Numbered from the stretch's first letter, positions 29,304-43,355 are shown. The stretch: DNA of 64,000 bases from Callorhinchus milii (GCF_018977255.1 NW_024704742.1:41356001-41420000), one strand, 5' to 3'. The notes: generated by a model from the sequence alone, not told the origin. Numbers and translations are program-made.

Positions 29304-31794
29304 GTGCCAACACTAACAATTCTCACCTCAATGAGAACAAAATTCATCTAAATATGTTTACCAGTTTAAAGTCCAATTAACATAGTTAAAACTTTGATTT
29401 TAATAGCAGAACATTATTTTTTGAAGTGCACTGAGGAAGCTAGTTTTGAAAGTGTCAGGTCCCAGGGCCACGGTATAATCCAGCATTACCAAAAATAAAC
29501 TATAATTTCTTCTTTTTCAGCATGATTCACACATACCATTAGTGCATGATTATTTTCTATGGTAAAAAGCAGAACTCAAGCAAATTGATTTTTTTCGGTA
29601 TGAAATCGAAAAACATCAGCTTTTGGCAGAATGCCATGGCTTAACATCAAGCTTGTTATGTGCCACAGCACCGAATCATCTGCATGCACACAGTGGACTA
29701 AAAAAGATTTGATTTCAGCAAAAATGAATAAGACCACATAAAAAAATCAAAGTTGCAATACAAATTCTCCTTCCATAAGATTAGAGTAAAAATCGATTTG
29801 TGCTGTGATTTTCATTTGGGGATTTAAACTGATAAGTAGGGAGAAGAGAAGAAGGCAATGTGCAGTCTGATAAACTACAGAGAAGCATCCTACACTTTGT
29901 GAAATGACATTTTCATCATTTCTGTTATAATCCGTGTCACTAAAATACAGCAAATTAACCATAAATATTTTTTTTGTCAAATTAAATTAGGCACAGTTTG
30001 GACATCAATTTATTTGTGACATTACTTGAAGATCCACATTAAGGATGCAATTTTATCTTCTACATTTGTAGGTTTATGATATGCAAAGGTTCTGGGTAGA
30101 ATGAGTAGAAATCTAGTGATATTAGTCTTGTGTACACTGTCCATTACTAATGAAGCAATTTCAATATTTTTGTTAATCCCACCAATGGAGTAGCCATTAT
30201 TGTGAGTCAGAAGAATTATCTTAAAAATGTGTTTTTTGCAATGTTAACATGTCACAGGGTGAAATAATAGAGTTTAGATTAATGGTTTCAATACCCTACT
30301 CAATGAGTAACTAGTAACTGCTGGGTGTTCAGAGGCAAATGCTGAGCAAAGCCAGCTGTTTCCCTCTACAGAAGAAAGAAAAAATCAACATTTAAATCAC
30401 CCCAACTTCAGTTTCAGACTGCCGCTGGGGCAGGCCCAGCAAGTAGCTTGTTATTCATCAAGGCATAATGTGGTGCTAGGAAAACATAGGAACGTAGGAA
30501 CAGGAATAGTCCATTAAGCTCCTCGAGCCTGAACCGTTATTCTATAAGATCATGGATGATCTGTACCTCAACTCCAATAACCCGCCCTGGCCCCATGTCC
30601 CTTGATAAGCACTCTGGGACACTACCCTGAGTGAGGGGCTCTATATAAATGCAAATTGTTGTTGATGATACCCTTACCTAACAAATATCTATCCACCCCA
30701 GTCTTGAAAAAAGAAAATAACTTAAAAATGGACCAAAATATAAATAACTTATTTTCCTTTAGTCATGCTCAGATGACTGTCTCTTGCCTCAATTTAGACA
30801 GAAGCACATTTGAATTTACAATGAGGCTTCATCTCTGAACCAATAGTTCAGAACAGTTCAGACCTAACTTCCCCTCTCTTTCCTTCCCCGTCTCTGAACT
30901 GCATATGCTTAATGCTCATATTCACCAGGGTAATCTTTACTGAATGAGAATGATGTTCATTGTTGACGATTTAAATTGTTTATGCACAAAGGCACATCCA
31001 AGAGGAATCATGGGTCACATCTGCAGACATAAGCACATTGCAGGCAATTCAATCGAATGCCGTTCCTTTCTAAGGGCACTGGCTCAAGCTGGGATGCTGT
31101 TCTCATCCAATACATTTTTGTGGCTGTTTTCGGGTATGAGCCTAGGTAATGAGCATTGGCAGAATATGAAGCCATAGGAAAGGATCAAAGGCAAATCTAA
31201 TCATGTTCCATCCACTTTCTATTCAATATCACTTACAAGATCACAAGATCGGTTTGGGTCCATCGATCTGATCCTTCCAAAACACTCATCCTACTGTACA
31301 CATCCACCCCACCCCCCACCCCTATCTCTGCATCAAGCTGCTTTTTAAATAGTCCAGTGTACTCACTTCCATTACCTTTCCTGGCAAGCTCTTCCAATCG
31401 CTAATTACCCTCTGGGTAAAGAAAAACTTCTTGGTGTATATTCTGAATTTGCATATTACAACTCTAAACCTATGTGGTATTGTTCTACTGTCTAGTTGCA
31501 TCTTAAAGTATTGATCTGGGTTTACTTTTTCAATCCAATTTAAAATGTCATATATGATGATAGAACAGCAAACCGCTCCGCATTGAGAAGGAAACAGGCA
31601 ATGCTATAATAGGACTACATCTACCATATCAGCAAATTTTTAAAAATGCCATAGATTTATGCTTCAAATTAACATTGAAGCAATTTACATTAACATCAAT
31701 TACCAATTCATTTTGTTTTCAAAATATCAGGAAAAAAGTGCACCAGGGATTGCTTATTACAGCAACTCCTGATGCACTTTTTTCCTATATTGTG

Positions 31795-32232
31795 TGTCAG
31801 CCTGGATCAGTTTGTGGCACTCTCAATTCTGTGTGAGAAGGTTGTGGGTTCAAGCTCACCACAGGAGTTGGAACTCATATGGTTTAAGCTAATACTCCAT
31901 TGCAGTGTTGAGGGTGTGATGCATTGTTGATGGTGTTCTTCATATGAGACATAATACTATGTATGGCCCGTCTGCCTGTTCAGGTGGACGTTAAAAATCC
32001 CATGGCACTATTTGAAAAGAGAGTTTCTCCTAGTGACCTGGCCAACAATCCCCCGAATAAAATTGATCATTCTCTTCATGTCTGTTTGTGGGACATTGTT
32101 GTGGGGAAATTGACCACCGTGTTTGCCCACAAAAAATCAGTCACTACACTTTACAGTATATCCTGTGAAGTGCTTTGAGAAGTTCTTCTGACATGAAAGG
32201 TGCCTTACCAAATGTAATTATTATTATTATTT
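31795..32232 (+). mobile_element. Older SacSINE1/DeuSINE-like element
   Basis: GTCAGCC head through CAGGTGGACGTTAAAAATCCCATGGCACTATT to tail. Confidence 0.8.
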
Positions 32233-32534
32233 TAATAATAAGTGTGATGCAGGTGTTTTACCACCTGCACAATGCCTGTATACCCAATCTAAATTGAAGG
32301 TTCCTCAGTAGTCTTGTGTCTTAAGATACCACAGTGTTGGCATGAGAGACCAGTAAAAGGTGTCAATTTTGATTCTTGCTCAGTTCAAAGTTATCTGATT
32401 CAGCTGAGGGAGCAGATGGACATAATAATAAAAATAATAATAATTCTTGCACTTGATTTAGCGTCTTTCATATTGGGAGAATATCTCAAGTGTTTCACAA
32501 GATATACTGTGAAATGCAATACACTTAAATTTTT

Positions 32535-32860
32535 GTGGAGTCCTGTAGCTCAGTGGTTAGAGCACTCGCCTTGCAAGCGAGACACCTGAGTTCAATTCCA
32601 GGCAGGGCGAAACCTTGGGCAAGTTTCCTTACTCCACACGCCTTATAATAATCCCTCCAAAACAAAACAATAATGAATTGGTCATTTTCAATCCACGACT
32701 GTTTGTGGGACACTGCTGTGTGCAATTGGCTGCCGCGTTTCGCCCACAAATATACAGTCAATTCGCTTTACAGTATATTCTGTGAAGTGCTTTGAGACGT
32801 CTAGAAGACGTAAAAAGCGCTATATCAAATGCAAGGATTATTATTATATTATTATTATAA
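32535..32860 (+). mobile_element. Young tRNA-Deu SINE, full length
   Basis: Same head, core and tail as 43327-43663. Confidence 0.92.
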
Positions 32861-33190
32861 TGTATTTTGTGTGCAAACAACGCAGTCAATTTGCCCACAA
32901 CAGCCATAAAGCAAATGACCAATTTTATTTGGGAAATTGTTGGTCAGGACACCGTGGGAAACTCCCTTTCCTTTTCAAATAGTGCCATGGGATTTTTTAA
33001 TGTAGACCTGAGCAGGAAACTGGAGCTTGATTTGGTGTCTGTCCTGAAGTTCGTCACCTCCAACCATACAGAATTCCACCCTCCCCAGCAATATGAGCCT
33101 GGGCTGTGAGCTCAAAGTTATGACGTGAGGCTTGAACCCACTATCTGCTGACTCAGAAGTAAGAATGCGACCAACTGAGCCAGGCTGATA
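32861..33190 (-). mobile_element. Older DeuSINE-like element
   Basis: Same family on the minus strand. Confidence 0.7.
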
Positions 33191-33974
33191 CTTAGAGTAA
33201 AAACAGGAAGAAATTCAGTTATCATTCCCTCTATGGCCAAATAGCCTGCTGGCACTTACTGCCTAGGTTTGCACATTAGGAATGGCCAATTGGGGTGAGG
33301 TAGCAGCGAGCTGCCGGCACCTGTGGCAATGTACAGCAAAAGTCTACACCTCTGGGAAAGAATGAATGGAGAAAATTGAGGAAATGGGGTGCTAAGTTAC
33401 ACTGGCCCAATCCTTTCTGGAAAACCAGCTTTGAATATATTTATGCTGTAACTGGAAGGACAGTACAACTATTTGTTTGATGATCCAAGAGATTGAAATC
33501 CCCAATGGAGGAACAGAGGTCATTCAAATAGAAACTATGCCACACAGACTGAGTGAATTAATTAATCTGTGTGATTCCCTTGGAGCCAGCATGTCAGAGG
33601 CGCTACTTCAAATCGGGTTAACATGTCCTCTAACTGGTGAAATGAAATAATTGTGTTTTTTAAACATATAAAGCTAGTGTTATGCAAAATTTTCAATGTT
33701 GTTATTTCTCCTTCATCCAAGTCTTATACAGAACAGACTGCAGCAATATTTAAAATTCTCTGCAACCTTCAATATATGTTTCTATAGTTACAGTGGCTGA
33801 TGCCATGCTCAAAATTATCATATTGCAAATGTATGAAAATATTAAAAGCCTTGCACAACCATATTTGTACAGATGTATGGAAATGTTACATTCACAGATA
33901 AGCAAAGGATACATACAAGAGGAAGTTATAAATTGGAGATTTTTTTAAATAATAGGTGAGAATAAGGCTAGAAA

Positions 33975-34352
33975 TAATAATGCATGCATTAGAAACTATG
34001 TCTTTCACGTTGTCTCATAGCAGTGTCTCAAAGCTCTTCATGGGATTTACTCTAAAGTGTTGTGACTGTGTATATGTAGGGAACACAGCAGCCAATTTCC
34101 ACACAACAATATCCCACAAACATTTATCTGAGTGATTGTTGATGAGTTATACTAGGAGAAGCTCTCTTCTTTTTTTTTGAATATGGAATCTTTGACATCC
34201 ATCTGAACAGGCAGACAGGACCTTGATTTAATGTTTCATCCAAGCGGCACTTCCACCAATGCAACACTGCCCAGCACTGCAATGTAGTGTCAGCCTAGGC
34301 TATTTGAGTTCTATGTACTGACATGGTGCTTGAACCCACAATCTTCTGACTC
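33975..34352 (-). mobile_element. Older DeuSINE-like element
   Basis: Same family on the minus strand. Confidence 0.7.
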
Positions 34353-35947
34353 CGAACCTGAATATATTCAAATAAAAGCTTCCTCAAATTTGGAAAGTAT
34401 CCATGCTTTTCTCTCTGGCCTCCAATGTTTGGCAATGAAAGAAGAGGAAAGCACAGATATTTGTGAAAGATATAATAGATGACAACCGGTTGTTATCTCT
34501 CTTATGTCTAAGCAGAATGAAAATGGATTACAAACTGTTCTAAGCCTTCTTGACATCCTTACCAAATCTGAACAATATCATAAATTGCTTGGATTCATCT
34601 TACAGATTGTTAACTGATAAGAATAAAAAGTTGTTATTTTTAGGCAATAGAGAATATTTATTTTCCTCCCAAGGCAGTCAAAAGATTAACAGGGCTTGCA
34701 TGTTGTTAGATAAATTTAACAAATCAATTAGGATTACTATAGTCAACATCCAATTCTATATTAATATAGAATTGGATGTTGATTTTCTGCTACATTTGTA
34801 TTCACAATTCGATGCAGAAGCTCTTTAAATTTTCCAGCACCATCCAGTTTCTAATTCCCCATAAGATTGCTTCCAGGGTGAACAATCACAAACTGGGACA
34901 GTTCCTGCAAAATGGTTGTGGTGGAAGCTCAGATGCAACTGATTTTTCACACCTTTTGTACATAGTACTGTACTGTACTTAAAACAATTGAGTGCATAAA
35001 TGCCAGCATAAGATGCAGAAGAGAGTCCAGCTGCCTATCAGTAACCTATTTTTACTACTACAGTACTGCCAGAGGGGTAAATTAGAGTGCTCCAGACAGC
35101 AACTATACACCCACTCATCACGTGAGGGAAAGGTTCCATTTCAGAGGCATGTCTGGCGTTCCAGACCAAGTTTCTTTCTCCAGTGTCCTGACTATGGCAC
35201 ACAAGTCTCCAAAAATACAACTTACCATAGCAACAGTTTACAGTTTATTGCACTTATCACATTAGGAGGATAGCTCAAAGTGCTTCACACAGCTTGCTAG
35301 AACCTCAAACGGGGGTGGGGAGGCTGGGGAGAGGGGGCAAACAGAGAGTTAGGGAAGTGGGGGGTTTCAAAAGTGGGGGGAGAATGACTGAGCATTTACA
35401 GCACTGAGAGAGGCCATTCAGCTCATCGTGTTTGTGCTGGTGCTTGCTCCCCCACTGGAGCTATGTACTCTAATTCTATTCCACTGCTCTTTCCCCATAC
35501 GCTTTAATGTTATTTTACAATTCCCTTTAAAGTGCTGTTATGTACTAAACAGCCATTTGCGGTAAGGGATTTCACATTCTGACAACCCTCAATATAAAAA
35601 TAATTCTTCCCACTTTTTTCTTCTGATATTATATAATCAAATGTCAATCATATCATGAACAACAACAACTTCAATCTGCACAGTGCCCTTCAGCAGGGGC
35701 AGAGTCTTGGAGTGTTTAATGAACTGTTAATAATACTGGTACAGTACTGTAAATCTGGACATTTTGACAAGAAACTCAGTTGGTAACATTATTGCCTTCA
35801 TCAGGAGGTTGTCGGTTCAAGTTCCACATTGACTTGAGTTCTTTGAGTTCAGTCTATGCTGATACTCCATTGCAGTACTGGGTGAATGCTGCATTGTCAG
35901 ACCTTAAACTGAGCTTTTGTCTGCCTGTTTAGTTGGACATTAAAGAT

Positions 35948-37160
35948 TAACATAGAACCATAGAATTATACAGCACAGAAGGACGCCATTCGGCCGATCG
36001 TGTCTGTACCAGCTCTTTGAAAAGAGCTATCCAAATCAATCCCACTCCTCCGCTTTCTCCCTGTAGCCCTGCAAACTTGTCCTCCCCAAATAATGATCTA
36101 CTTTTCTCTTAAAAGTTGTTATTGAATCGGCTTCCACCACCCTTTCAGGCAATGCTTCCAGATCCGAACAACTCACTGCGTGAAAAAATTTCTCCTCACC
36201 TCCCCTCTGATTCTTTTACCAACTATTTTAAATCGGTGTCCTCGGGTTGCTGACTCACCCACCAGTGGAAATAGTTTCTCCTTTCTTCACCCTATCAAAT
36301 CCCTTCATAATTTTTAAAACTTATACTAAGCCTCTTCTTAACCTTCTCTGGTTAATCCCAGCTTCTCTAGCCTCTCCTGATAACTGAAATCCCTCATTCC
36401 TGGTATCATCCTGGTAAATCTCCTTTGCATCTCTTCAATGTCTTGACATCCTTCCTGAAGTGTGGTGCCCAGAACTGAACATAGTACTCTAGCTGAGGTC
36501 TAAGGTTCATCATCACTTCCTGACTTTTGTATTCTATGCCCCTATTTATAATAATAAATAATAATAATACTTGCATTTGATATAGCGCTTTTCAGACGTC
36601 TCAAAGCACTTCACAGGATATACTGTAAAATGAATTGACTGTATATTTGTGGGCGAAACGAGGCAGCCAATTGTGCACAGCAGTGTCCCACAAACAGTCG
36701 TGGATTGAAGTGACCGATTTATTATTTCTTTTCTTGAGGGATTATTATCAGGCGTGTGTAGTAAGGAAACTTGCCCAAGGTTTCGCCCTGCCGGGAATCG
36801 AACACAGGTCTCTTGCTTACGAGCTGAGTGCTCTAACTACTGAACCACAGGACTCCATAGAAATTCATTATAAAGCCTATTATCTCATATTCTTTTTTAA
36901 CAGCTTTATCTACCTGTCCTGCCACCTTCAAAGATTTACTTATATGAATCCCCAGGTCTCTCTGCTCCTTCACCCCCTTTACAATTGCACCATCAGCTTA
37001 TATTGCCTCTCCTCATTCTTCCTCCTAAAATGCAACACCTCGCATTTCTCCACATTAAACTTCATCTGCCACGTGGCTGCCCATTTTACCATTCTGCCTA
37101 TCCTCCTCACTGTTTATTACTTTTACTAGCTTAGTGTCATCTGCAAATTTGGAAATTACA
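35948..37160 (-). mobile_element. CR1 LINE 3' fragment interrupted by a SINE
   Basis: CR1 3' UTR at ~35950 and SKFADDTKL near 37140. SINE inserted at ~36548-36857. Confidence 0.85.
36548..36857 (-). mobile_element. tRNA-Deu SINE inside CR1
   Basis: Full head-to-tail copy. Confidence 0.9.
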
Positions 37161-37699
37161 TGGCAATATTCAGAAAGTGAAGGATGTTTCTTGTGATATC
37201 CCAGCCAACAATCCTCCAGAGTAAATGGTAATTCATTTAATGGCAGTTTGTGGGACCTTAATGTGCATAAACTGACTGTTGGGTTTGCCAACAAATACAC
37301 ATAATCAATGCACTAGCTCTCAGTGTCAATTTTGCAATTTATGTACCTACCACATTCTGAGTAAGATCAGTGATCGAGATATGTTGGTTTCTAGATGTTC
37401 AGTTATAAATACGTACTAATTAAAGTTATGTGCCTAATTTAGCTAATGAATATTTTTAAGCATTAATGTTCAGCAATATTTGAATATAAAGTTACTTGTA
37501 TATTTTAAGAGTTGGTATCATTACCATTGGTCTAGACAGTCTCGGACTCTATTAAGAGAGCAGGCAATACATTCAGGATTCATGAGCTTAAACAGTGAAT
37601 GTTAAACAGTGTCATGATAGTTTGTGAAAGGAGAAATCTTGATGGGTTTCTCTCAGCCTTTGTTTCCTTATCTTTGAAGGCAGATGTATTTTCGTACTT

Positions 37700-37853
37700 A
37701 TGTGTACTAAAAGGGAATCGGATATGTACTTGAAAAGGAAACAATTATAGGGCTATAGGGTAAGAGCAGGTGAGCGGGACTAGTCGGTAGCTCTTTCGAA
37801 GGCACTGTGGGCCAAACGGCTTCCTCCTGTGCTGTAAGATTCTACTATTCTAT
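37700..37853 (+). mobile_element. CR1 3'-end fragment
   Basis: CR1-type 3' UTR ending ...CCTCCTGTGCTGTAAGATTCTA(C)TATTCTATG. Confidence 0.65.
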
Positions 37854-38980
37854 GAACCACCACAACTCAATTAGGTCAAAGTGGTTAATAGAAAGCAAGC
37901 GTTTCTGTATATTTTGACACACAATATATATGCACACATATTAATTAAAACAAATATTTCTCTCTCCCTGGATAACACAGTGAATAGTTTTTTTTTCTCA
38001 ATCACCCTATAATTTCTAACGAGATCAAATCAAGTTACTTTCCTGATTGTTAAACTCATGTTGATTTCCACGCTGTACACGTCTAGCACGACATGAAACT
38101 CCGAGGCGTGAAAAGAACAAGCGGTTTGTTAAACATTACCAGCACTAATAGCCGAGATGCCACCAGTGTATGTTATGCTCCAAGATGTCAGGAACCTGCA
38201 GCCGAAATGTGAACCATTCAGCAATCGTGGCGCTAAAACAGATTTTGTTTTGAGCAACTCAGCTGTCTCGTGTTTGTCTCCACGGCCAGCGTGGAGGAAC
38301 ATGATCGCATTCCTTGCTCCTGGGAATAGCTTTTCCTCAATAGTCCCTTCTTGCTTCTCAATGGAAACTGAAAGGTTGCGAGCTGCGTGTCACTGTTTCA
38401 TCAGCTGGACACAACCAATGGCTCTGTGTTTTATTTTCTACGATGCTTTGATCTGACATTTCTGTTTTATCTCAGCTGTGGTAAGATCCCCTGTCAAAAT
38501 CCCCATACAATCCCGGAATGGCTGTGTGGAGTACAGAGAGGATGATCGTTTGGAAAAGAAGCAACGAAACAAGTATTGCTTTCCTTCCCAATTCAGAGCT
38601 ATGGAACAGCAGAACTTCCTGTAAATCAATCTAAACCGCACACGTTGTACTTCTGTTGCCTGTGTGTGGGGGGTTTTTTTTTGTTGTTGTTGTTAGTATT
38701 ACACTTTGCAAAATCCACGTTTATCCAGAAGTTTGCACTGTTGACAAACACAAGGAGCTGTAAGAAAACAAGATTTTTTTTGGGGGGGTGGGGGGGTGGG
38801 GGACTGGTTAAACGAGATAATAAACGCTGTAACATTTTACAATGCATGATTTTTATATTCCCCCCTCCCACCCCCCACCCCCACCACCCCCCCATCCCAC
38901 CCCCCAGTGTGTGGATGGCGTTTTGCATGTGTGGTGGACAGATCTGCAAAGCTCTGGGGAGGATCACCATCCCCATTTAC

Positions 38981-39124
38981 CTTCGTTAACTGCGCGATCT
39001 TCTTACTCATTTTCACGTGCATCTCGTAGTTGTATTGCAGCACTGGGTCCGAGTGAGGGGTTTTGGACCCGTTGCATTGGCCCCCGAAGCTCCCCTGGTC
39101 CGTCCACTTGCTCCCAGTCGCCAT
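38981..39124 (-). CDS. FAM184B: FAM184-family coiled-coil protein, coding exon 1 (48 codons, phase-0 donor)
   Basis: ATG in strong Kozak context (GCCATGG). Translates to MATGSKWTDQGSFGGQCNGSKTPHSDPVLQYNYEMHVKMSKKIAQLTK and ends at AAG|GTAAAT. MHVKMSKKIAQLTK is the conserved FAM184A/B N-terminal motif. Called B rather than A from head-to-head synteny with NCAPG. I found no exon 2 (VIYALNT...) in 1-38980. Confidence 0.9.
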
Positions 39125-39610
39125 GGCTCGCAGCTCCCGGTGCAAAACGATCCGAAAAATCCTCGGGGAACACACAGCGGCTCCTCTCGAAAGCCCTCGG
39201 ATGGGTCTGCGAGGATTTTGCTGTCCAGGTCGGTCTCGCGGATGGTCCAATCCCTCCTCGAAGAGGCAGAGCGGGAGAGGGAGGGGAGGGGGATGGAGGA
39301 GGGATGGAGGGGGAGGACATGTGCAAAGCCAGACCTGGCTTGGATGCTGCACATTCCCGGGAATGCCGTGGCTGGGGCTTTGTGGTTGCAGTTTGCACGC
39401 AGACTCTGCAGACGAGAGAGAGAGAGAGAGAAAAAAAAGATTTTTTAAAAAAAAAGTTTTCACGAAACCCCAGAGCAGTGCTTTTCACGCCATGTGATGA
39501 AAACACAACGCCCGACCGCCTCCGGGGTGGGGGGGGTGGGGGGGGGATTCAGCCCTGACCCACTGGGACTGGGATGGCAAGTTTAGGGATGGACCGAAAC
39601 TCGCCACGTC
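39125..39610 (-). promoter_or_regulatory. GC/CpG-rich 5' UTR and promoter region of FAM184B
   Basis: CpG-enriched stretch upstream of the ATG with G/C runs and a (CT)n tract. TSS cannot be placed from sequence. Confidence 0.6.
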
Positions 39611-39622
39611 AACAGCAACATC

Positions 39623-39654
<32 letters not shown>
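39610..39654. repeat. (CAA)n microsatellite, possibly an L2 tail remnant
   Basis: Direct reading; L2 copies here end in (GTT)n. Confidence 0.85.
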
Positions 39655-39659
39655 GATGC

Positions 39660-39956
39660 TAATAATAATAATAATCCTTGCATTTGATATAGCGCTTTTC
39701 ACGTCGGGAGGACGTCCCAAAGCGCTTCACGGAACACACTGTAAAGTGAATTGACTGTATATTTGTGGGCGAACGCGGCAGCCAATTGCGCACAGCAATG
39801 TCCCACAAACAGTCGTAGATTGAAAATGACCGATTCATTATTGTTTTTGGGTTTTGGAGCGATTATTATTAGGTTCTGTGTGGAGTAAGGAAACTTGCCC
39901 AAGGTTTCGCCCGGACCTGCCTGGAATTGAACTCAGGTCTCTCGCTTGCAAAGCGA
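39660..39956 (-). mobile_element. Young SINE immediately upstream of the FAM184B promoter
   Basis: Near-identical to 43327-43630; head truncated. Confidence 0.9.
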
Positions 39957-39959
39957 TGA

Positions 39960-40911
39960 TGTTTGTAAAGCGCTTTTCACGTCGGGAGGACGTTCGCGAG
40001 GCGCCGAGCGGTCCGGGTATCAGGACCTGAGCGTGGGTGGGGGGGTGGGAGGGCAGTGCCAGGGTTGGGATGAGGGAGGGCAGAGGGGGTGGGAGGGCGG
40101 CTGAAGGCGTGGTCGAAAAGGAGGGTCTGGAGTCGTACCTTGAAGGAGGTAAGGGAGGAAGTGAGGCGAAGGGACTGTAGGATGGAGTTCCAGAGCGTGG
40201 GGGCAGAGAGGCTGAAAGCCCGGCAGCCGATGGTAGGGCGGGTCGGGTGGGAAGCACGTAGCAGGCTGGAGCCTGATGGACGGAGGGAGCGGGCAGGTTG
40301 GTAGGGAGTCAGCAGGTCAGAGAGGTAGGAGGGGGCGAGGCCATGGAGGGCCTTTGCAAGTGAGGCCGAGGATTTTGAATTCTATCCACTGAGGGATGGG
40401 GAGCCAATGGAGCCGGGCGAGAGTGGGGGTGATGGGCTCACGGAGCCTGGTGCATAATTGAGCCTTGAGGTGACGAATGAGTGTATGAGGGTTTCAGCGG
40501 CCTGAGGGGTGAGACAGTGGCAGACTCAGGCATTGTTGCGGAGGTGGGGGAAGGCAGAGCGGGTCATGGCACGGATATGGGGCGGAAAGGACTGTTGAGG
40601 GTCAAACAAGATGCCCAGGTTCCTGACTGGCTTGGTGAGATGGAGTGCGCATCCATGGATGCTGCTGCTGCCAGTGCCTGAGGTGCGGAGGTGCTGGGGT
40701 GAGCCAATCACGAGAGCCTCAGTCTTGCTGACATTCAGCTGTAGAAAGTTGGCTCTCATCCAGTACTTGATGTCAGACAGACAGTCTGTCAGGACATCAA
40801 CGGTGGTGGAATCGAGGCCTGGAGGCAGATAGATATGTCTGCGGATGATGTCACCAAAGGGGAGCACATAGAGGGGTTGAACAGGAGGGGACCGAGGATA
40901 GAGCCCTGAGG
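39960..40911 (-). mobile_element. L2 LINE 3' portion with internal deletions
   Basis: LTDCLSDIKYWMRANFLQLNVSKTE, VRNLGILFD, and an L2-type 3' stem-loop. Confidence 0.9.
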
Positions 40912-43324
40912 AACAACAACAACAACAACAGGATTCCATTTATAGAGCGCCTTTCACGTCGGGAGGACGTCCCAAGGCGCTGTACAGTTGGGTCAGGACC
41001 CGAGCATTGGGGGGGAAATGGTCAGGGTGAGGGGAGGGAAGGAGCAAGGAGGGGGGTAGAGAGTCGAGAGGGGAGCTGAAGGCACGGTCAAAGAGAAAGG
41101 TCTTGAGACCGGCCTTGAAGGAGGAAAGGGAGGAGGCGGCGAAGGCACTGGGGGATGGAGTTCCAGAGCCTGGGGGCTGAGAGGCTGAAGGCCCGACCAC
41201 CGATGGTAGGGCGGTTGGGGCGGGGGATGTGGAGCAGACCGGAGCCAGAGGAACGGAGGGTACGGGCAGGTAGGTAGGGGGATAGTAGGTCGGAGAGGTA
41301 GGAGGGAGCAAGGCCGTGAATGGCCTTGTAGGTGAGGATGAGGATCTTGAATTCAATCCTCTGGGGGATGGGGAGCCAGTGGAGGCGAGCGAGGGTGGGA
41401 GTGATGTGGTCCCGAAGCCTGGTGCGGGACAGTACACGAGCTGCAGAGTTCTGAATGACCTGCAGCTTGTGGAGGGAGGTGGCGGGAAGGCCGGCGAGGA
41501 GAGAGTTCCCATAGTCCAGCCTTGAGGTGATAAAGGCGTGGACCAGGTTTCAGCAGCGTGAGGGGTGAGGTAGTGCCGTAGTCTGGCGATGTTCCGGAGG
41601 TGATGGAAGGCGGTGCCAGTTGTGGCGCGGATATGAGGGAGAAAGGACAGCTCAGGGTCGAACAGAACACCGAGGTTCCTGACTGGCTTTGAGAGGTGGA
41701 GAGTGCAGCCTTGGATGCTGATGGTGTCAGCGCCTGAGGTGCGGAGGCGCTGACGTGAGCCAATCAGGAGGGCCTCAGTTTTTCGCACGTTGAGCTGAAG
41801 AAAGTTGTCTCTCGTCCAGGACTCGATGTCGGACAGGCAGCTGTCAGGACATCGGTGGTCGTGGAGTTGAGAGTAGAGGAGGAAAGGTAGAGTTGGGTGT
41901 CATCCGCATACATGTGGAAGTTAACCCCATGTCTGCGGATGATGTCACCGAGGGGGAGCATATAGAGGGTGAAGAGGAGGGGACCGAGGACAGAGCCCTG
42001 AGGGACACCACATGAGACAGTGCGGGGGGTGGAGGAGAAGCCATTCGTGGAAACAAAGTGAAGACGGTGAGAGAGGTACGACCTAAACCACTCAAGGACA
42101 GGGCCTTGAAGGTTGAGGTGGGAGGACAAGCGGTGGAGGAGGATAGCGTGGTCGACCGTATCGAATGCTGCCGATAGGTCGAGGAGGACGAGGAGGCAGA
42201 GGGAGCCCTGGTCACAGATGGTCAGGATGTCATTGGTGACCTTGACCAGGGCAGTTTCTGTGCTATGGGCAGCACGGAAACCCGACTGAAGGGGTTCGAA
42301 TAATGAATGGGTGGAGAGGAAAGAGCGCAGCTGGGAGGCGACAACTCTTTCAAGGACCTTGGACAGGAAGGGGAGGTTGGAGATGGGCCGGTAGCTTGAT
42401 AGCTGCGACGCATCAAGGGAGGGTTTTTTCAAGGTGGGAGTGATGGTGGCAGTTTTTAAGGGAATGGGAACAGAGCCAGAGGAGAGGGACAGGTTGACGA
42501 TGTCTGTGATATGTGGGGCAAGGAGGTGGAGCTGAGAGATAAGGAGTGGAGTGGGGATGGGGTCAAGGGAGCAGGTGGTGGGTTTCAGGGATAGGATGAG
42601 TTTGGTGACAGAGGGTGGGGAAACGGGTACGAAAGTGTGTAGGGGAGGATGGGTAGGAGTCGGAGTGTGGGAGGGAAGAGGTGGGGGGTGGGTGGAAGTT
42701 GGAGGGGCAGTGACCGCGGAACGGATTCCCTTGATTTTGGATTCAAGGAAATCCAGCATCTCCTCACAGTGAAGGTTGGAGGAGATGACCTGTGCGGGGT
42801 GGCGGGGGGGACGGAGGAGTCGGGATGTGGTAGAAAACAGTAGCCTGGGGTTGTTCTTCGTCTCCAGGATTATCCTGGAGTAGAAGGATGACTTGGCCGA
42901 GGCTAGAGTGGAGCGGTAGATTTTGAGGAGGTCCAGCCAGATTTGACGCAGGTGCGTTCAGCTGGCCCACACCTGGCTCTTCAGTGAGCAGAGGTGGGTG
43001 GTGAACCAGGGGGAGGAGCGAGAGTAGGAGACAGTATGGGAGGTGATGGGGGCAAGAGTATCGAGTGTGGAGGAGAGAGTGTTGTGGAGGAGGGTGAGAG
43101 GAGAAGAGGGGTCAGTGAGGGTTGAAGGCCAGAGGGAGAGGAGTTCAGAGGACTCCAAGGCAGCGGTTAGGGATTGTGGGGGTAACTTCTTCCAGGGGCG
43201 GTAGAAGATGGTGGTGGGTCTGGTGGAGGTGGGGAGGGGGGTGGAGGTGGTGAAGGAGATGAAGTGGTGATCGGAGACGGCCTTGTCGGTGATAGTGACA
43301 TCCGAGACACCAAGGCCCCGGGTG

Positions 43325-43355
<31 letters not shown>

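Noticed and set aside
32535..32610. tRNA-Ala(TGC)-like sequence with A and B boxes
   Set aside because: It is the head of a multi-copy SINE. There is no proper acceptor stem and it runs straight into the SINE core.
38842..39558. Long plus-strand ORFs (238, 143, 144 aa) opposite FAM184B exon 1
   Set aside because: Low-complexity products with no recognisable homology, explained by GC-rich stop-poor sequence.
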